Source of the DNA: Squalus acanthias
Lineage: Eukaryota
Direction: 5' to 3'
Length of the DNA stretch: 64,000 nt
Assembly: GCA_030390025.1 (NCBI GenBank)
Contig: CM059432.1
Span: forward strand, 73,844,001-73,908,000
Made by a program: the position numbers and the translations under genes. Shown one piece after another: positions 61,504 to 64,000 of this stretch. The notes under the pieces were generated by a model that saw nothing but the letters and a program-made list of their open reading frames with translations, ran no database searches and was not told the DNA's origin. The stretch's first letter is position 1; every line of letters begins with the position of its first letter.

Positions 61504-62849
61504 GATGATTTCTAAATATCTCTTGCTTGTCCTTAATCTTGTTCAGTTTGCTGTTGGGGCAGCTGAAGACACAACCACCCTGACAATGAGGTGCTGCAGC
61601 ATTAATGCACCTCCCCTTTAAGTAGTGGAAAAAACCTGTGGCAAGTATGACTGTGAATGACTGGTCCTAATACTGGTCCACCTGTTGAATGTGAAGCCAA
61701 TGAGCATCAGTTATAGCACTGAAATCATGACTATAATCATGATAATAAAGAGTGAACACGAATTTTGCGTGCTACCTAGACCATTTTCAGGTGGCGCAGC
61801 TTAACGTCATTTCATCTTAACACTGCCCATTTCTTGGCTATATCCAATTTTTAGCCCAAAATGCTTGCAGGTTTTCAATATTACAGAAGCAAGATGCAGA
61901 GGTAGAACAGCATCATTTCAAGGTGTTACTTTGGAGGAGCTACAGGACTTTTTGGAGCAAAGAAGGCTCCCTCCAGTCAAAAGTATTGCCAGAGCAGCCT
62001 GCATGGAAGTAGCTTAACAATTTAATGCTCTGCTGGGAACAGGTGATGAAAAAGTTTTCTGGTTTATGCAAGGTTGTCAAGATAAGTGTGCTCACACATA
62101 ATTTAACAATGTTGCCTTATAAGGCATCTCAATGGCACTTTACAGTAAACTTGGTGCAGCGTAACATAGGGAGTATGCATTGCACTCTGGCAGCTGTTCA
62201 TCAACTTTTCAAATGCAAAGTCATAACCATGGTTTATCAGGGCTGCTGATTGCTGTATTGCTGCGAGCACAATGAGTTTGTCCTGTTACCTGTGAAATCT
62301 GGCAAGAAACAAAATCAAAGCACACTGCACAGACAAGGCACCTACATGCTGAATGTATACGCGCTCACATAAGGTGGCAACTGGTCAGGGCACTTGGGTG
62401 ACTCATTGGACTGGATTTTCCTCCACTATGGAGTGGAGGGCAAAATTGGGCAATATGGCCTATCACTGCATTTCCACCCCAAGCTATATTCATTCCCTCT
62501 GCCCCCGCTGGGATCAACATTGGTCACCCCTTCCCCACCTGCTGCATGGGAGGTGGTAGGCCCCCAGGTTCTCAGCAGATTTACGCTCCGCCCGCCCCTC
62601 TTACCACTGCTCCCAGGACCGCGTGGAGAAACGTGGCTGCAGACTCGAGATAGCAGCAGAAAGGCCTGCTATTCTTTAAATGGAAGGAGAGGGCCCAATG
62701 AAAACCACCTCTCCCTCCATTTCAATCCCCAACACAGACCTTTTGTAGGCCTCAGTGATGGCCGAGGTCTACAAAAACTGTGGTTTACTTCATCTTTGGG
62801 GCTCTTCTGCCCTTTTAACTGCCCTTGCTCCATTCTCCGGTGCTGCACC

Positions 62850-63356
62850 TATCCAATTCTGTTTTAAAATTATTTATGGAATCAGATTCCACCACCTTTT
62901 CAGGTAGAGCATTCCAGATCCCAACAACTCTCTAAGTGAAAAAATTTCTCCTCATCTCCCCTCTAGATCTTTTCCCAATGATTTTGAATCTATGACCTCC
63001 AGTTACTGACCCACTCACCTCTTCTCATAACTGAACTCCCTTATCCCTGCTAAACCTCCTCTGTACCCTTTCAAAGCCTTTACATCTTTCCTGAAGTGCA
63101 GTGCCCAGAATTGACCACAATACTCCAGCTGAGGCCTAACCAGTGATTTATAAAGTTCTCGCATGATCTCTGTGCTTGTATTTTATTCCTCTATTTATAA
63201 ACCCAAGTAACCCATATGCTTTTTTAAACACCTTATCAACTTGCTCTGCTACCTTTAAGGATTTTGTATATGGACACCAAGGTCTCTCTGCTCATTTACA
63301 CTTTTCAAAATCGTGCCATTTATAGTATACTGTCTTTCCATATTAGTCCACCCAAA
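62850..63356 (-). mobile_element. Degenerate CR1 fragment
   Basis: Nucleotide similarity to the other CR1 3' regions (CCAGAATTGACCACAATACTCCAGCTGAGGCCTAACCAG). Confidence 0.75.
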
Positions 63357-63604
63357 GGTCGAAATTTTCTGGAGGTAGGCGGGGGGGGGCCTCTGTGGTG
63401 GGCGGGAAACCTGGGAGGCCGGGTTTCTCACAAGCCCTGCCGGCTTTAGTGGCAGGGCCTGATTTGAATGTGAAGCCTCGGATTCTCGTCCGCAGCCAGC
63501 CAGATTGAGAGGCTGGCTGGATGCGGGCGGGTAGGCTTCAGTTACATAGAGAGAGCGAGGGGTCGGTCTGGGGGAGGGACCACGGCGGGGGTCGGGGGGT
63601 GGTT

Positions 63605-64000
63605 GGGGAATGGCTGCCTCGGGGATCGCGGGAGGGGATGTCAGGGAACGGCTACCTCGGGGATCGCGGGAGGGGGTGTCGGGGAAAGGCTGCCTCGGGG
63701 ATCACGGGAGGGGGTGTCGGGGAACGGCTACCTCGGGGATCACGAAGGGGGTGTCGGGGAACGGCTACCTCGGGGATCATGAAGGGGGTGTCGGGGAACG
63801 GCTACCTCGGGGATCGCAGGAGGGGGTGTCGGGGAACGGCTACCTCGGGGATCGCGGGAGGGGGTGTCGGGGAACGGCTGCCTCGGGGATCACGAAGGGG
63901 GTGTCGGGGAACGGCTACCTCGGGGATCATGAAGGGGGTGTCGGGGAACGGCTACCTCGGGGATCGCGGGAGGGGGTGTCGGGGAACGGCTGCCTCGGGG
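63605..64000 (+). repeat. G-rich minisatellite, 37-38 bp unit, about 10 copies, running off the window
   Basis: Unit GGGGAACGGCTACCTCGGGGATCGCGGGAGGGGGTGTC with variants (ATCACGAAG/ATCATGAAG). Confidence 0.95.

Larger units (their letters stand above)
57804..61857. mobile_element. PIF/Harbinger transposon copy 2 (4054 bp, two convergent genes, inactivated)
   Basis: TIRs GGGCTAAATATTCGGAT / ATCCAATTTTTAGCCC; 3 bp TSD AAA; transposase on + and Myb/SANT gene on -. Confidence 0.93.

Noticed and set aside
63605..64000. CRISPR-like array
   Set aside because: Head-to-tail units with no unique spacers, in a vertebrate context; a minisatellite.

Overview
This is eukaryotic genomic DNA, almost certainly from a cartilaginous fish (shark-like), judged by its SINE and CR1 repertoire. 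The only host protein-coding gene I can support is CA8 (acatalytic carbonic anhydrase-related protein VIII) on the minus strand. Coding exons 1-7 lie between 41154 and 9110, all with GT-AG junctions, and splice into 714 nt (238 codons) in frame. The last coding exon was not found and probably lies left of the window. The rest is dominated by mobile DNA: many CR1-type LINE fragments (one with a Zn-finger/SGNH-esterase ORF1), a second CR1/L2-group LINE family, Deu-type and V-type tRNA SINEs, a Penelope-like element and a TA-flanked pogo/Tigger-like MITE. There is also an unusually dense set of PIF/Harbinger elements: two ~4 kb two-gene copies (intronless DDE transposase convergent with a 3-exon Myb/SANT gene), several relics and about six MITEs. 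The most notable observations are (i) three minimal type I hammerhead ribozyme motifs, one forming a stand-alone 100 bp insertion with its own 12 bp target-site duplication, and (ii) a 97 bp near-perfect inverted copy of the Myb exon sitting just outside a Harbinger TIR. Repeat boundaries are approximate unless TIR/TSD evidence is quoted.
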